Source: Escherichia coli
GTDB lineage: Bacteria > Pseudomonadota > Gammaproteobacteria > Enterobacterales > Enterobacteriaceae
DNA: 64,000 nucleotides
Assembly: GCF_048403405.1 (NCBI RefSeq)
Contig: NZ_CP183129.1
Direction: 5' to 3' (one strand)
In this document: positions 21,565 through 34,702 of the stretch, piece by piece
How the letters are laid out: every line of letters begins with the position of its first letter
Numbering within the stretch: position 1 is the stretch's first letter
Notes under the pieces: model-generated
Told to the model about the DNA's origin: nothing
Seen by the model: only the letters and a program-made list of their open reading frames with translations
Databases searched by the model: none
Translations under genes and position numbers: made by a program

Positions 21565-21595
21565 CCCTTGAAACCCTGAAACTGATCCCCATAAT
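21565..21595 (+). promoter_or_regulatory. sigma32 heat-shock promoter of grpE
   Basis: cCCTTGAAa -35 and CCCCATaaT -10 with canonical spacing ~45 bp upstream of the grpE ATG. Confidence 0.75.
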
Positions 21596-21607
21596 AAGCG
21601 AAGTTAG

Positions 21608-22234
<627 letters not shown>

Positions 22235-22288
22235 TTTCTGTTTTCGTAATAATTCACGGCCCTGCATGCGAATGCAGGGCCGTTTTCG

Positions 22289-23551
22289 TTACTCCGCCAC
22301 ACTCTCGCGCAGCGGTTTTACAGGAAAAACTTTTACCTGCTTAATCATATTGTCCTGTACGTCGAGAATATCAATATCGTACTCGCCAATACGCACGCGG
22401 GTGCCTGCGACAGGGATCTCTTCCAGTGCCTCAAGAATGACGCCATTAACCGTGCGGGCATCATCTTCCGGTAGATGCCAGTTAAAGGCTTTGTTGATTT
22501 CCCGCACGTTGGCAGTGCCATCAATAATCACCGAACCGTCGTTTTGCGGAGTGACTTCTTCGGCAAGTGTTGGCGACATCGACGTGGTGAAATCACCAAC
22601 TATCTCTTCCAGAATATCTTCAACCGTCACCAGCCCCTGAATGTCTCCATATTCGTTGACGACCAGGCCGACTTTCTTTTTGTTGCGCTGAAACTTCACC
22701 AACTGCGTGCTGAGGGGCGTACCTTCCGGGACAAAATAGATCTCGTCCGCGGCGCGCAGCATGGTTTCTTTGGTGAACTCTTTTTTCTCCGACATCAACC
22801 GCCAGGCTTCACGTACTCGCAGCATACTGATGGCGTCGTCCAGCGAATCACGGTAGAGCACGATGCGCCCGTGAGGTGAGTGGGATAGTTGGCGCAGAAT
22901 CGATTTCCAGTCATCGTTGATATCAATACCGATAATTTCACTGCGCGGCACCATGATGTCATCAACGGTCATCTTTTCCAGATCGAGCACAGACAGCAGC
23001 ATATCCTGATTGCGACGGGAAATTTGTGAGCGCGACTCATGCACGATAGTGCGCAACTCTTCTTTGCTCAAAGAGCCGCTAACCACGATATCGGTTTTGA
23101 TACCCATCATGCGCATCAGCATACGGGTGATAGCATTCAGCAACCAGACCAGCGGCATCATCAAAATTTGCAGCGGAGCCAGCAGAAAACTACTCGGATA
23201 AGCGACTTTTTCCGGGTACAGCGCGGCAATGGTTTTCGGCAATACCTCAGCAAAAACCAGTACGACAAAAGTCAGCACACCAGTCGCAATTGCCACGCCC
23301 GCATCGCCGTACAAACGCATCCCAACAATAGTGCCGAGCGCGGAGGCAAGAATATTGACCAGGTTATTGCCGATTAATACCAGGCTTATCAGGCGGTCTG
23401 GCTTACGCAGCAATTTTTCGACGCGCTTGGCCGAGCGATTACCCTGTTTCGCCATATGTCGCAGACGATAGCGGTTGAGGGTCATCATTCCGGTTTCGGA
23501 CCCGGAAAAATAGGCTGAAATGACCACCATGATGATCAGAATAATGATCAA
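22289..23551 (-). CDS. yfjD: CorC/HlyC-family inner membrane protein (CNNM/DUF21 + CBS + CorC_HlyC domains)
   Basis: 420-aa ORF with N-terminal TM helices and C-terminal transporter-associated domain; position between grpE and ypjD. Confidence 0.8.
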   Translation of the reverse strand: MIIILIIMVVISAYFSGSETGMMTLNRYRLRHMAKQGNRSAKRVEKLLRKPDRLISLVLIGNNLVNILASALGTIVGMRLYGDAGVAIATGVLTFVVLVFAEVLPKTIAALYPEKVAYPSSFLLAPLQILMMPLVWLLNAITRMLMRMMGIKTDIVVSGSLSKEELRTIVHESRSQISRRNQDMLLSVLDLEKMTVDDIMVPRSEIIGIDINDDWKSILRQLSHSPHGRIVLYRDSLDDAISMLRVREAWRLMSEKKEFTKETMLRAADEIYFVPEGTPLSTQLVKFQRNKKKVGLVVNEYGDIQGLVTVEDILEEIVGDFTTSMSPTLAEEVTPQNDGSVIIDGTANVREINKAFNWHLPEDDARTVNGVILEALEEIPVAGTRVRIGEYDIDILDVQDNMIKQVKVFPVKPLRESVAE

Positions 23552-23595
23552 CGTAGTAGTAGAAATGTGTTCCAGGGGAAACTCCTTTTCTGGGT

Positions 23596-24387
23596 TTAGC
23601 TGATTAACTGCTGGACAATTCGGCTGCCGAAGTAGGCCAGTGTCAGAATGACTGCACCCGCAACGTTAAACCAGACGACGCGACGTCCACGCCATCCTTC
23701 ATGATAATGTCCCCACAGCAGCACAATATAGACAAACCACGCCACGATAGAGAGCACGGCCTTGTCGATATTTTCCATGCTAAATAAGTTGTGCATGTAG
23801 AACAGGCCAGTGCAAAGCGTGAGCGTTAGCAGCACCACGCCAATCTGCGTGATGTGGAACATTTTACGCTCGATACTCATTAATGGCGGCATTTCCTGGT
23901 TAAACGCCAGCTTCTTGTTCTTCAGTTGGTAATCAATCCACGCCAGTTGCAGCGCGTACAGGGCGGCGATAATTAGCGTGGCATAGGAAAAGAGCGATAA
24001 GCCAATGTGCACCAGCATCCCAGGCGTTGCTTCCAGATGGGTGATGTATTCATTGGGCATGAAGGTCGCCAGCGCCAGGTTGATAAGCGCAAAGGCATAG
24101 ACAATGGGTAGCAGCAACCAGCCACGATTGCGAGAAGCCACAATGGTCATTACCGTACAGATCATCAAACTGACCAATGAACCAACGTTCAGCAGGCTGA
24201 GGTTTTGTCCGCTATCACCGTCGGGCAGGATGCGGGCTTCCAGAGCGATTGCGTGGCAGACCAGCGCAATGACCGCAGAAATAATAGCCATGCGCCGCCA
24301 GCCGCCGTTTTTTTGCAGCAGACCGGGAACAATCAGCGCAAGACTGACGGAGTAGGCGACAAGCGCGAGCAGAGCAAAAACGGGCAT
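23596..24387 (-). CDS. ypjD: inner membrane protein YpjD (cytochrome c assembly CcsA-like family)
   Basis: Polytopic membrane ORF; trimmed to MPVFALLALVAYSVSLALIVPGLLQ (263 aa); ORF track starts 25 codons upstream. Confidence 0.75.
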   Translation of the reverse strand: MPVFALLALVAYSVSLALIVPGLLQKNGGWRRMAIISAVIALVCHAIALEARILPDGDSGQNLSLLNVGSLVSLMICTVMTIVASRNRGWLLLPIVYAFALINLALATFMPNEYITHLEATPGMLVHIGLSLFSYATLIIAALYALQLAWIDYQLKNKKLAFNQEMPPLMSIERKMFHITQIGVVLLTLTLCTGLFYMHNLFSMENIDKAVLSIVAWFVYIVLLWGHYHEGWRGRRVVWFNVAGAVILTLAYFGSRIVQQLIS

Positions 24388-24553
24388 AGTAATGTCGACA
24401 GTTTGAGCAATAAGAAAGAGAAGCAGTATAGCGTCAGGTGAACGCTGCTCCAACCGTTGCATAACAACAAAGACGCCTTCATGTTATACTGCGGCAAAAT
24501 ACTGATGATGTGTCGCGATTGCGGCCAACCGTTTCCACCCCAGGCGAGAGACA

Positions 24554-25915
24554 ATGTTTGATAATTTAACCGATCGTTTGTCGCGCACGCTGCGCAATAT
24601 CAGTGGCCGTGGACGCCTCACTGAAGACAACGTAAAAGATACGCTGCGCGAAGTGCGCATGGCGCTGCTGGAGGCGGACGTCGCTCTGCCGGTAGTGCGT
24701 GAGTTTATCAATCGCGTAAAAGAGAAAGCGGTTGGTCATGAAGTTAATAAGAGCCTGACGCCGGGGCAGGAGTTCGTCAAAATCGTCCGTAACGAACTGG
24801 TTGCGGCGATGGGCGAAGAGAACCAGACCCTGAACCTGGCTGCGCAACCGCCTGCGGTCGTGCTGATGGCGGGCCTGCAAGGTGCCGGTAAAACAACCAG
24901 CGTTGGTAAACTCGGTAAGTTCCTGCGCGAGAAGCACAAGAAGAAAGTGCTGGTGGTTTCCGCCGACGTTTATCGCCCGGCGGCAATCAAACAGCTTGAG
25001 ACGCTGGCAGAGCAGGTGGGCGTTGATTTCTTCCCTTCTGATGTTGGTCAGAAGCCGGTAGATATCGTTAACGCGGCGCTGAAAGAAGCCAAACTGAAAT
25101 TCTACGACGTGCTGCTGGTGGATACCGCTGGTCGTCTGCACGTTGACGAAGCGATGATGGATGAGATCAAACAAGTCCATGCGTCGATTAATCCGGTTGA
25201 AACCCTGTTTGTGGTTGACGCCATGACCGGTCAGGATGCGGCCAATACGGCAAAAGCATTCAATGAAGCGTTACCGCTTACCGGTGTAGTGTTGACCAAA
25301 GTGGACGGCGATGCCCGCGGCGGTGCGGCGCTCTCTATTCGTCACATCACTGGCAAACCGATCAAGTTCCTCGGTGTTGGCGAGAAAACTGAGGCGCTGG
25401 AGCCGTTCCATCCTGACCGCATCGCGTCGCGTATTCTCGGCATGGGCGACGTACTGTCACTGATCGAAGATATCGAAAGCAAAGTTGACCGCGCGCAGGC
25501 AGAGAAATTAGCCAGCAAGCTGAAAAAAGGCGACGGCTTCGATCTCAACGACTTTCTTGAGCAGCTGCGCCAGATGAAAAATATGGGCGGCATGGCTAGC
25601 CTGATGGGCAAGCTGCCGGGCATGGGGCAGATCCCGGATAACGTCAAGTCGCAGATGGACGATAAAGTGCTGGTGCGTATGGAAGCCATCATCAACTCGA
25701 TGACGATGAAAGAGCGCGCTAAGCCAGAAATCATCAAAGGTTCGCGTAAGCGTCGTATCGCCGCCGGTTGCGGGATGCAGGTACAGGACGTTAACCGCCT
25801 TCTGAAGCAGTTCGACGACATGCAGCGCATGATGAAGAAAATGAAGAAGGGCGGAATGGCGAAGATGATGAGAAGCATGAAAGGGATGATGCCGCCGGGA
25901 TTTCCTGGTCGCTAA
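24554..25915 (+). CDS. ffh: signal recognition particle protein Ffh
   Basis: 453-aa ORF MFDNLTDRLSRTLRNISGRGRLTEDNVKDTLREVRMALLEADVALPVV..., GTPase motifs, Met-rich C-terminal M domain. Confidence 0.95.
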   Translation: MFDNLTDRLSRTLRNISGRGRLTEDNVKDTLREVRMALLEADVALPVVREFINRVKEKAVGHEVNKSLTPGQEFVKIVRNELVAAMGEENQTLNLAAQPPAVVLMAGLQGAGKTTSVGKLGKFLREKHKKKVLVVSADVYRPAAIKQLETLAEQVGVDFFPSDVGQKPVDIVNAALKEAKLKFYDVLLVDTAGRLHVDEAMMDEIKQVHASINPVETLFVVDAMTGQDAANTAKAFNEALPLTGVVLTKVDGDARGGAALSIRHITGKPIKFLGVGEKTEALEPFHPDRIASRILGMGDVLSLIEDIESKVDRAQAEKLASKLKKGDGFDLNDFLEQLRQMKNMGGMASLMGKLPGMGQIPDNVKSQMDDKVLVRMEAIINSMTMKERAKPEIIKGSRKRRIAAGCGMQVQDVNRLLKQFDDMQRMMKKMKKGGMAKMMRSMKGMMPPGFPGR

Positions 25916-26085
25916 TCGGCCTGGCTTGTTTGCCATTTTGGCACCGGGGTGTGCTCGTCATCCTCACGTACTGCGTGTACGCTCCGGTGACTGCGCGCAC
26001 TCCGGCACCAAACTGGCTGCACCGCCGACGGCCTTTTACAGCAGAGTTAGCAACTGTTGATTGCAATTTCCGCAAAAATGAGTAA

Positions 26086-26412
<327 letters not shown>

Positions 26413-26430
26413 TCTGTCACGGTGGTCATG

Positions 26431-26979
26431 ATGAGCAAACAACTCACCGCGCAAGCACCTGTTGATCCCATCGTTTTGGGAAAAATGGGTTCGTCTTACG
26501 GTATTCGTGGGTGGCTCAGAGTGTTTTCTTCCACCGAAGACGCCGAAAGCATTTTTGACTATCAGCCCTGGTTTATCCAGAAGGCGGGTCAGTGGCAGCA
26601 AGTCCAGCTGGAAAGCTGGAAGCACCACAATCAGGACATGATCATCAAGCTGAAAGGCGTTGACGATCGTGATGCGGCGAACCTGCTGACGAATTGTGAA
26701 ATTGTCGTGGATTCATCGCAGCTGCCTCAGCTTGAAGAGGGTGACTACTACTGGAAAGACCTGATGGGCTGCCAGGTAGTAACCACTGAAGGCTACGATC
26801 TCGGTAAAGTCGTCGATATGATGGAAACCGGATCTAATGACGTTCTCGTCATTAAGGCAAACCTGAAAGATGCGTTTGGTATCAAGGAACGTCTCGTACC
26901 GTTCCTCGATGGGCAGGTTATCAAGAAAGTCGATCTCACTACTCGTTCAATCGAAGTAGATTGGGATCCTGGTTTTTAA
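26431..26979 (+). CDS. rimM: ribosome maturation factor RimM
   Basis: [42 protein letters not shown]... (182 aa). Confidence 0.92.
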
Positions 26980-27009
26980 ACCACCGGATAAACGGTAAAA
27001 GACGGCGCT

Positions 27010-27777
27010 ATGTGGATTGGCATAATTAGCCTGTTTCCTGAAATGTTCCGCGCAATTACCGATTACGGGGTAACTGGCCGGGCAGTTAAAAATGGCCTGC
27101 TGAGCATCCAGAGCTGGAGTCCTCGCGACTTCACGCATGACCGGCACCGTACTGTGGACGATCGTCCTTACGGCGGCGGACCGGGGATGTTAATGATGGT
27201 GCAACCCTTGCGGGACGCCATTCATGCAGCAAAAGCCGCGGCGGGTGAAGGCGCAAAGGTGATTTATCTGTCACCACAGGGACGCAAGCTTGATCAAGCG
27301 GGCGTCAGCGAACTGGCAACGAATCAAAAATTGATTCTGGTGTGCGGTCGCTACGAAGGTATAGATGAGCGCGTGATCCAAACCGAAATTGACGAAGAAT
27401 GGTCAATCGGCGATTACGTTCTCAGTGGTGGTGAGTTACCAGCAATGACGCTGATTGACTCCGTTTCCCGGTTTATTCCGGGAGTACTGGGACATGAAGC
27501 CTCAGCAACGGAAGATTCCTTTGCTGAAGGATTGCTGGATTGCCCGCACTATACGCGGCCTGAGGTGTTAGAAGGGATGGAAGTTCCGCCAGTGTTACTG
27601 TCGGGCAACCATGCCGAGATACGTCGCTGGCGTTTGAAACAGTCGCTGGGCCGTACCTGGCTTAGAAGACCTGAACTTCTGGAAAACCTGGCTCTGACTG
27701 AAGAGCAAGCAAGGTTGCTGGCGGAGTTCAAAACGGAACACGCACAACAGCAACATAAACATGATGGGATGGCGTAA
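27010..27777 (+). CDS. trmD: tRNA (guanine37-N1)-methyltransferase
   Basis: 255-aa [63 protein letters not shown]... recognised as TrmD. Confidence 0.93.
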
Positions 27778-27815
27778 GCCCCCGAGATATCAGTTTACCC
27801 AGGATAAGAGATTAA

Positions 27816-28166
<351 letters not shown>

Positions 28167-28196
28167 GGTTTCGCTTAAGCGACATCCTGTTAAGAA

Positions 28197-28226
28197 GGGC
28201 TGGCCAATTGGCTGGCCCTTTTTTTA
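28197..28226 (+). terminator. rho-independent terminator of the rpsP-rimM-trmD-rplS operon
   Basis: gggctggccaattggctggccc hairpin followed by ttttttt. Confidence 0.8.
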
Positions 28227-28241
28227 TCTGTTTGCTCGTGT

Positions 28242-28724
28242 TTAAGGGGTAGTAATCACCACTGCGACGCGGCGGTTCTCGGCGCGGCCCTGGGCGGTCT
28301 TGTTACTGGCTATGGGATATTTTTTTCCTAAACCCTGTGTGGTGAGATTGCTGCGCGGAATTTGTCCACCCATAGCCCATGCATCGGCTACGACATTCGC
28401 CCGTTTCAATGATAAGGCTTCGTTGTAACTGTCTTCACCATAGTTGTCGGTGTGTCCATCCATACGGGCATGCGTTAGCCCTGTCGAGGCCAATTTGGCT
28501 GCCATGGTTTGGATCTGTTGCTGGCTTTCCGGGAGCAATTTGTAGTCATTTTTTGCGAACAGAATGGCATCTGATAAGCCCAGCGACCAGTCGCCGGCGG
28601 ATTCAGTAAATCCATAAGATTGCATAGCGGCGACTTGCTCAGGAGTAAACTTTCCCTGAGGGGACTGGCAGCCAGTCAGTATTAGCGAGGTGAAAATCAG
28701 GGGTACTACCAGGTGCTTTATCAT
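28242..28724 (-). CDS. yfiB: OmpA-family outer membrane lipoprotein YfiB (Pal-like)
   Basis: 160-aa ORF with lipobox LTGC and OmpA-like C-terminal domain. Confidence 0.88.
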   Translation of the reverse strand: MIKHLVVPLIFTSLILTGCQSPQGKFTPEQVAAMQSYGFTESAGDWSLGLSDAILFAKNDYKLLPESQQQIQTMAAKLASTGLTHARMDGHTDNYGEDSYNEALSLKRANVVADAWAMGGQIPRSNLTTQGLGKKYPIASNKTAQGRAENRRVAVVITTP

Positions 28725-28739
28725 ATCGATATATCCTTG

Positions 28740-29966
28740 TTATCTCACCAGCTTTTCGGCACGCTGGTGTTTGGCCTGATACATATTGTGATCGGCCAGC
28801 TCTTGTAATTTTTCCGCAGAGGCATGCTCAATGGTCATCGCGTAACCAATGCTTAATGTCATGGTGGTCTGATGACCATTATGAAGATCAAACGGGCGAT
28901 TAAAGATTTGTGTCAGTGCTGAGCAAATCCGCTGTACTTCGGATTCCGACTGTACACCAAAGAGGACCATCGCAAATTCATCGCCGCCTATGCGGTATGC
29001 TTTATGTTGCAGCCCGCCAAATTCAGCTAACCGTTTTGCGATTTCAATCAAGACTCTATCGCCCGTCGCATGACCCCAGGTATCATTGATATATTTGAAA
29101 TTATCGCCATCAAGAAATAGTAACGCCGACGTTTTTCGGGCATCGGAACTGTTCATCAACGTGTTGATACCGCTACGAAACGCTGCGCGGTTAGCCAGCC
29201 CGGTTAATGGGTCATGTAGTGCGGTACGTAGAAGCTGCGCATTTTTGGCCTGTAAACGAAGCTGCCACTCTTCCATTTCATCCAGCAGACTGTTGAAGTC
29301 GAGAGCGAAGCGGTGAAACTCTGCGATACGTTCTTCCGAAACTCGTCGGGAAAAATTGCGGTTGGAACGCACATCATGTACGACATCGGTGATGTTTTTT
29401 AACGCTTCAACCAGACCATTGTGCAAATGGCGGGTGAGGGTAATTGCGATGCCTGATGCCAGCAGAATGCAGGCGGTCAGGACAGCGAGCGAAAACCAGA
29501 TGAAATGGCTGATTGAACTGTCGCGAGCGGTTAAGCGAACTTCGCCAATGGTTTCACCATTGTGACGAATCGGCTGAACGATGGGGGCAGGGAAGAGCCA
29601 GTGGCTTATGAAATTACTGAAAGTATCGCCTGGATCCTTACGGGTGTAATGCCAGGATGCCAGAATATTTTGCTGCTTATCACGCACTTCTGCAGTTGAA
29701 AATTGCCCTTGCTGCCCCAGCGCTGCCAGTGTTTCAGTTGCTGCAGAGCCATCGGCAAAAACGACCGCTGCTTCCAGACTGTAAGTCATTGTTGCTGCTG
29801 TCAGTGCCAGGTTTTTTTGCGCGTACTGTTTCAGGGTCAGCACCGAGGTCACGGAAAGCAGCAACCAGATCAGCATCATAGTGATAAATATGCTGGTCAT
29901 ACTGATGTTGCGTAATGCTCTTTTAAACGTGGGGCGCTTATTAAGAGAATTATCGTTATCCATCAT
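28740..29966 (-). CDS. dgcN: diguanylate cyclase DgcN (YfiN): membrane protein with HAMP and GGDEF domains
   Basis: 408-aa ORF with TM segments and GGDEF motif region (RIGGDEF); part of yfiR-yfiN-yfiB. Confidence 0.9.
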   Translation of the reverse strand: MMDNDNSLNKRPTFKRALRNISMTSIFITMMLIWLLLSVTSVLTLKQYAQKNLALTAATMTYSLEAAVVFADGSAATETLAALGQQGQFSTAEVRDKQQNILASWHYTRKDPGDTFSNFISHWLFPAPIVQPIRHNGETIGEVRLTARDSSISHFIWFSLAVLTACILLASGIAITLTRHLHNGLVEALKNITDVVHDVRSNRNFSRRVSEERIAEFHRFALDFNSLLDEMEEWQLRLQAKNAQLLRTALHDPLTGLANRAAFRSGINTLMNSSDARKTSALLFLDGDNFKYINDTWGHATGDRVLIEIAKRLAEFGGLQHKAYRIGGDEFAMVLFGVQSESEVQRICSALTQIFNRPFDLHNGHQTTMTLSIGYAMTIEHASAEKLQELADHNMYQAKHQRAEKLVR

Positions 29967-30474
29967 TTTTCTTCCGTGCGAGCATTAAGACATCCGGGTT
30001 GACCTTTACTCCGCTACGCGATAAGGCATCCAGGTTTACGGCAAATCTGACGTCATTATTGTGGATGATCAGACAAAAGGCGCTACCAATAATGCACTCG
30101 GTATTTTGTTCGGCAATTAATAATAACGCCCTTGACGGATATTGTTCGGTTAATTCCATCTGGAATGTCGGTGACTCGTTGCCAAAATAAAAACCATTGC
30201 AGCCTGAAATCATCGCCTCTTGTTGAGTGTGAATGATGACAGGCAGATAAGGCAAAGATGTCGCGGCATTCTCTTGTAGGGCGGTACTAAAACGTGAAGA
30301 TGAAAAGATACATAACTTTGGTGGCCCTGATAGCGCAGGCCAGCGGGTGTAACTGACAATACCGGAAACCATCATACGCACGTTTTTCGCAACGTCAGAA
30401 GATTCCTGAGCGAGTATTGGTGCTCCCGTCAGCAGGAGAATCAGCAGTAAGAACAGTCGGTGAGAAAAACGCAT
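29956..30474 (-). CDS. yfiR: periplasmic repressor of DgcN, YfiR
   Basis: 172-aa ORF with signal peptide [24 protein letters not shown]; overlaps dgcN start (translational coupling). Confidence 0.88.
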   Translation of the reverse strand: MRFSHRLFLLLILLLTGAPILAQESSDVAKNVRMMVSGIVSYTRWPALSGPPKLCIFSSSRFSTALQENAATSLPYLPVIIHTQQEAMISGCNGFYFGNESPTFQMELTEQYPSRALLLIAEQNTECIIGSAFCLIIHNNDVRFAVNLDALSRSGVKVNPDVLMLARKKNDG

Positions 30475-30623
30475 TCAGAGATCCTCACCATCTTCGCTCG
30501 AAATGCATCGATATTTTTTCAGAATGCTCATTAAAATATCATTCTTTCATGCGGTCGTCATCAATGTGAGAAATAAAACACAATGAGCAAAATCTCATGC
30601 TTAATTTATTTGCGGGGGTTTAA

Positions 30624-30989
30624 TTAATTTAATCGTATTGTGCTGGCATTTTCATCAGCCCCTTTTTGCCATACTTCATGCAGTTGGCTGGCATTTTCAA
30701 CATTGTTGCAGCTGGCAGGAAAGCTTTTACCGGAAAGTCCTCGGGCATAAGTAAAATCGGTCTGGCAAGTTTTCTTTTGTCCTTCGGCATATCCTTTAAG
30801 GTATAGACCGCGATCCGCCTGTGAATCGCTAAATGCATCGTCATCTTTTATGGTGCTGCCCGATATCGCATCTTCCATACCGACATCATACCAGTCGGTG
30901 CTGGTCAAGGTTGGCGCGTGAGTATAAGGATCAATCTGACATCCGCTAACCAGTAAAGCCAACAAGGGGGCAATAAACTTTTTCATCAT
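30624..30989 (-). CDS. yfiL: lipoprotein YfiL
   Basis: ORF with lipobox LLVSGC; start trimmed to MMKKFIAPLL. Confidence 0.75.
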   Translation of the reverse strand: MMKKFIAPLLALLVSGCQIDPYTHAPTLTSTDWYDVGMEDAISGSTIKDDDAFSDSQADRGLYLKGYAEGQKKTCQTDFTYARGLSGKSFPASCNNVENASQLHEVWQKGADENASTIRLN

Positions 30990-31034
30990 TTCTTTCTCCT
31001 TTTTCAAAGCATAGCGGATTGTTTTTAAAGGAGG

Positions 31035-31130
31035 TGTAAATTTATTTGTACGAAAATAAGCGTCAAAAGCGCGAATAAATTGCTTGTGTAAACAAAAATG
31101 TACGAAATATGGATTGAAAACTTTACTTTA
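31035..31130 (+). promoter_or_regulatory. aroF promoter region with TyrR boxes
   Basis: TGTAAAtttattTGTACg and TGTAAAcaaaaaTGTACg palindromes matching the TyrR box consensus TGTAAA-N6-TTTACA, upstream of aroF. Confidence 0.7.
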
Positions 31131-31198
31131 TGTGTTATCGTTACGTCATCCTCGCTGAGGATCAACTATCGCAAACGAGCATAAACAGGATCGCCATC

Positions 31199-32269
31199 AT
31201 GCAAAAAGACGCGCTGAATAACGTACATATTACCGACGAACAGGTTTTAATGACTCCGGAACAACTGAAGGCCGCTTTTCCATTAAGCCTGCAACAAGAA
31301 GCCCAGATTGCTGACTCGCGTAAAACCATTTCAGATATTATCGCCGGGCGCGATCCTCGTCTGTTGGTAGTATGTGGTCCTTGTTCCATTCATGATCCGG
31401 AAACTGCTCTGGAATATGCTCGTCGATTTAAAGCCCTTGCCGCAGAGGTCAGCGATAGCCTCTATCTGGTAATGCGCGTCTATTTTGAAAAACCCCGTAC
31501 CACTGTCGGTTGGAAAGGGTTGATTAACGATCCCCATATGGATGGCTCTTTTGATGTAGAAGCCGGGCTGCAGATCGCGCGTAAATTGCTGCTTGAGCTG
31601 GTGAATATGGGACTGCCACTGGCGACGGAAGCGTTAGATCCAAATAGCCCGCAATACCTGGGCGATCTGTTTAGCTGGTCAGCAATTGGTGCTCGTACAA
31701 CGGAATCGCAAACTCACCGTGAAATGGCCTCCGGGCTTTCCATGCCGGTTGGTTTTAAAAACGGCACCGACGGCAGTCTGGCAACAGCAATTAACGCTAT
31801 GCGCGCCGCCGCCCAGCCGCACCGTTTTGTTGGCATTAACCAGGCAGGGCAGGTGGCGTTGCTACAAACTCAGGGGAATCCGGACGGGCATGTGATCCTG
31901 CGCGGTGGTAAAGCGCCGAACTATAGCCCTGCGGATGTTGCGCAATGTGAAAAAGAGATGGAACAGGCGGGACTGCGCCCGTCTCTGATGGTAGATTGCA
32001 GCCACGGTAATTCCAATAAAGATTATCGCCGTCAGCCTGCGGTGGCAGAATCCGTGGTTGCTCAAATCAAAGATGGCAATCGCTCAATTATTGGTCTGAT
32101 GATCGAAAGTAATATCCACGAGGGCAATCAGTCTTCCGAGCAACCGCGCAGTGAAATGAAATACGGTGTATCCGTAACCGATGCCTGCATTAGTTGGGAA
32201 ATGACCGATGCCTTGCTGCGTGAAATTCATCAGGATCTGAACGGGCAGCTGACGGCTCGCGTGGCTTAA
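31199..32269 (+). CDS. aroF: DAHP synthase, Tyr-sensitive
   Basis: 356-aa protein [66 protein letters not shown]...; ORF track starts at an upstream in-frame codon. Confidence 0.92.
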   Translation: MQKDALNNVHITDEQVLMTPEQLKAAFPLSLQQEAQIADSRKTISDIIAGRDPRLLVVCGPCSIHDPETALEYARRFKALAAEVSDSLYLVMRVYFEKPRTTVGWKGLINDPHMDGSFDVEAGLQIARKLLLELVNMGLPLATEALDPNSPQYLGDLFSWSAIGARTTESQTHREMASGLSMPVGFKNGTDGSLATAINAMRAAAQPHRFVGINQAGQVALLQTQGNPDGHVILRGGKAPNYSPADVAQCEKEMEQAGLRPSLMVDCSHGNSNKDYRRQPAVAESVVAQIKDGNRSIIGLMIESNIHEGNQSSEQPRSEMKYGVSVTDACISWEMTDALLREIHQDLNGQLTARVA

Positions 32270-32279
32270 GAGGTTTATT

Positions 32280-33401
32280 ATGGTTGCTGAGTTGACCGCA
32301 TTACGCGATCAAATTGATGAAGTCGATAAAGCGCTGCTGAATTTATTAGCGAAGCGTCTGGAACTGGTTGCTGAAGTGGGCGAGGTGAAAAGCCGCTTTG
32401 GACTGCCTATTTATGTGCCGGAGCGCGAGGCATCTATGTTGGCCTCGCGTCGTGCAGAGGCGGAAGCTCTGGGTGTACCGCCAGATCTGATTGAGGATGT
32501 TTTGCGTCGGGTGATGCGTGAATCTTACTCCAGTGAAAATGACAAAGGATTTAAAACACTTTGTCCGTCACTGCGTCCGGTGGTTATCGTCGGCGGTGGC
32601 GGTCAGATGGGACGCCTGTTCGAGAAGATGCTGACACTATCGGGTTATCAGGTGCGGATTCTGGAGCAACATGACTGGGATCGAGCGGCTGATATTGTTG
32701 CCGATGCCGGAATGGTGATTGTTAGTGTGCCAATCCACGTTACTGAGCAAGTTATCGGCAAATTACCGCCTTTACCGAAAGATTGTATTCTGGTCGATCT
32801 GGCATCGGTGAAAAATGGGCCATTACAGGCCATGCTGGCGGCGCATGATGGTCCGGTGCTGGGGCTACACCCGATGTTCGGTCCGGACAGCGGTAGCCTG
32901 GCAAAGCAAGTTGTGGTCTGGTGTGATGGACGTAAGCCGGAAGCATACCAATGGTTTCTGGAGCAAATTCAGGTCTGGGGCGCTCGGCTGCATCGTATTA
33001 GCGCTGTCGAGCACGATCAGAATATGGCGTTTATTCAGGCTCTGCGCCACTTTGCTACTTTTGCTTATGGGCTGCACCTGGCAGAAGAAAATGTTCAGCT
33101 TGAGCAACTTCTGGCGCTCTCTTCGCCGATTTACCGCCTTGAACTGGCGATGGTTGGGCGACTGTTTGCTCAGGATCCGCAGCTTTATGCCGACATTATT
33201 ATGTCGTCAGAGCGTAATCTGGCGTTAATCAAACGTTACTATAAGCGTTTCGGCGAGGCGATTGAGTTGCTGGAGCAGGGCGATAAGCAGGCGTTTATTG
33301 ACAGTTTCCGCAAGGTGGAGCACTGGTTCGGCGATTACGCACAGCGTTTTCAGAGTGAAAGCCGCGTGTTATTGCGTCAGGCGAATGACAACCGCCACTA
33401 A
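32280..33401 (+). CDS. tyrA: bifunctional chorismate mutase / prephenate dehydrogenase
   Basis: 373-aa [68 protein letters not shown]... Confidence 0.93.
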   Translation: MVAELTALRDQIDEVDKALLNLLAKRLELVAEVGEVKSRFGLPIYVPEREASMLASRRAEAEALGVPPDLIEDVLRRVMRESYSSENDKGFKTLCPSLRPVVIVGGGGQMGRLFEKMLTLSGYQVRILEQHDWDRAADIVADAGMVIVSVPIHVTEQVIGKLPPLPKDCILVDLASVKNGPLQAMLAAHDGPVLGLHPMFGPDSGSLAKQVVVWCDGRKPEAYQWFLEQIQVWGARLHRISAVEHDQNMAFIQALRHFATFAYGLHLAEENVQLEQLLALSSPIYRLELAMVGRLFAQDPQLYADIIMSSERNLALIKRYYKRFGEAIELLEQGDKQAFIDSFRKVEHWFGDYAQRFQSESRVLLRQANDNRH

Positions 33402-33407
33402 TAATCC

Positions 33408-33442
33408 AGTGCCGGGTGATTCACATCATCCGGCACCTTTTC
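33408..33442. terminator. shared bidirectional terminator between convergent tyrA and pheA
   Basis: hairpin agtgccgg...ccggcac followed by ctttt in the 42-bp gap between the two stop codons. Confidence 0.7.
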
Positions 33443-33443
33443 A

Positions 33444-34604
33444 TCAGGTTGGATCAACAGGCACTACGTTCTCACTTGGGTAACAGCCCAATACCTTCAT
33501 CGAACGGGTGATGTCCCCTAACTCTTTCAATGCTTTTTGCATTTCCGCTGATTCAAGATTGGCCTGAATATCCAGATAAAACATCTCTTCCCATGGATTA
33601 CCGTGAATCGGGCGTGACTCCAGACGGGTCATAATCAGATTGTGGTTGCGCAGTACCAGCAACGCTTCAACCAGCGCACCAGCTTGTTGCCCGGTCGCCA
33701 TTAACAACGTCGTTTTCGCTGGAACCTGGTCAGACACGTTAATGGCTTTACGTGCCAACACCACAAATCGGGTGAAGTTTTGTCGCTGATTCGCTTCAAT
33801 ACGCTCCAGTACCTGCAAACCGTACAAAGTGCCGCCAGCTTCGCTTCCCAACGCAGCAACATGCGGTGATTTTACCTGTGCAACCTTTTCCATTGCCGCA
33901 GACGTACTTTCGGTATATTCAATCTTCCAGTGCGGATAACGATTAAGGAATTTGCTGCATTGCTGGAATGGCTGCGGATGGCTGTAGACCGTATTGATGG
34001 TGGATAAATCAGTAGTGCCGGAGACCAACAAACAATGGTCGATAGTTAACGTCATCTCGCCAACAATCGACAAACTGGTATGTTGCAGCAGATCGTAAAC
34101 GTCATTTATGGCACCGGAGCTGGTATTTTCAATCGGTACGACGGCATAGTCGGCCTGGCCGGTTTCCACCTGATTAAAAATATCGGCAAATTTGGCGCAG
34201 CCACTTTCAATGAATTGCTCAAAGTGACGGGCAGCATACTGGCGCGCCGCAAGATGGGAATAAGAACCTTTGGGGCCGAGAAAAGCGATGCGTGCTGAGT
34301 GCGGATTAATTTTATTGAGATGTTGCTGGAGCAAAGCCTGCTGAGTTAATACGGAATCTTCAATGATGAGCTGGAACAGGCGAGTAATGTAATGGGCGTC
34401 CAGATGGTGCGCTTTACCGAGCGTAATTAATCTTTCCAGTAAATCGCGTTCACGATCAATATCACGTACCTGGCGATGCGAGAGCAGTTTGGCTTTTCCC
34501 ACCTCGACGGCCAGTTCGCGCCGCTCTGCCAGTAATGCTAATAATTTTTCATCCAGCGCGCTGATTTTCTCTCGCAGCGCCAGTAATGGATTTTCCGATG
34601 TCAT
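33444..34604 (-). CDS. pheA: bifunctional chorismate mutase / prephenate dehydratase
   Basis: 386-aa [67 protein letters not shown]... Confidence 0.93.
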   Translation of the reverse strand: MTSENPLLALREKISALDEKLLALLAERRELAVEVGKAKLLSHRQVRDIDRERDLLERLITLGKAHHLDAHYITRLFQLIIEDSVLTQQALLQQHLNKINPHSARIAFLGPKGSYSHLAARQYAARHFEQFIESGCAKFADIFNQVETGQADYAVVPIENTSSGAINDVYDLLQHTSLSIVGEMTLTIDHCLLVSGTTDLSTINTVYSHPQPFQQCSKFLNRYPHWKIEYTESTSAAMEKVAQVKSPHVAALGSEAGGTLYGLQVLERIEANQRQNFTRFVVLARKAINVSDQVPAKTTLLMATGQQAGALVEALLVLRNHNLIMTRLESRPIHGNPWEEMFYLDIQANLESAEMQKALKELGDITRSMKVLGCYPSENVVPVDPT

Positions 34605-34616
34605 AGTGTTGCCTTT

Positions 34617-34702
34617 TTGTTATCAATAAAAAAGGCCCCCCGATTTGGGAGGCCTTATTGTTCGTCTTCGCATTCTGTTTCACACGACGAAACGCCTCCC
34701 AT
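34617..34702 (-). promoter_or_regulatory. pheA attenuator (leader terminator/antiterminator region between pheL and pheA)
   Basis: GC-rich hairpin aaaaaggccccccgatttgggaggcctt with flanking T/A runs directly downstream of the Phe-rich leader ORF. Confidence 0.75.
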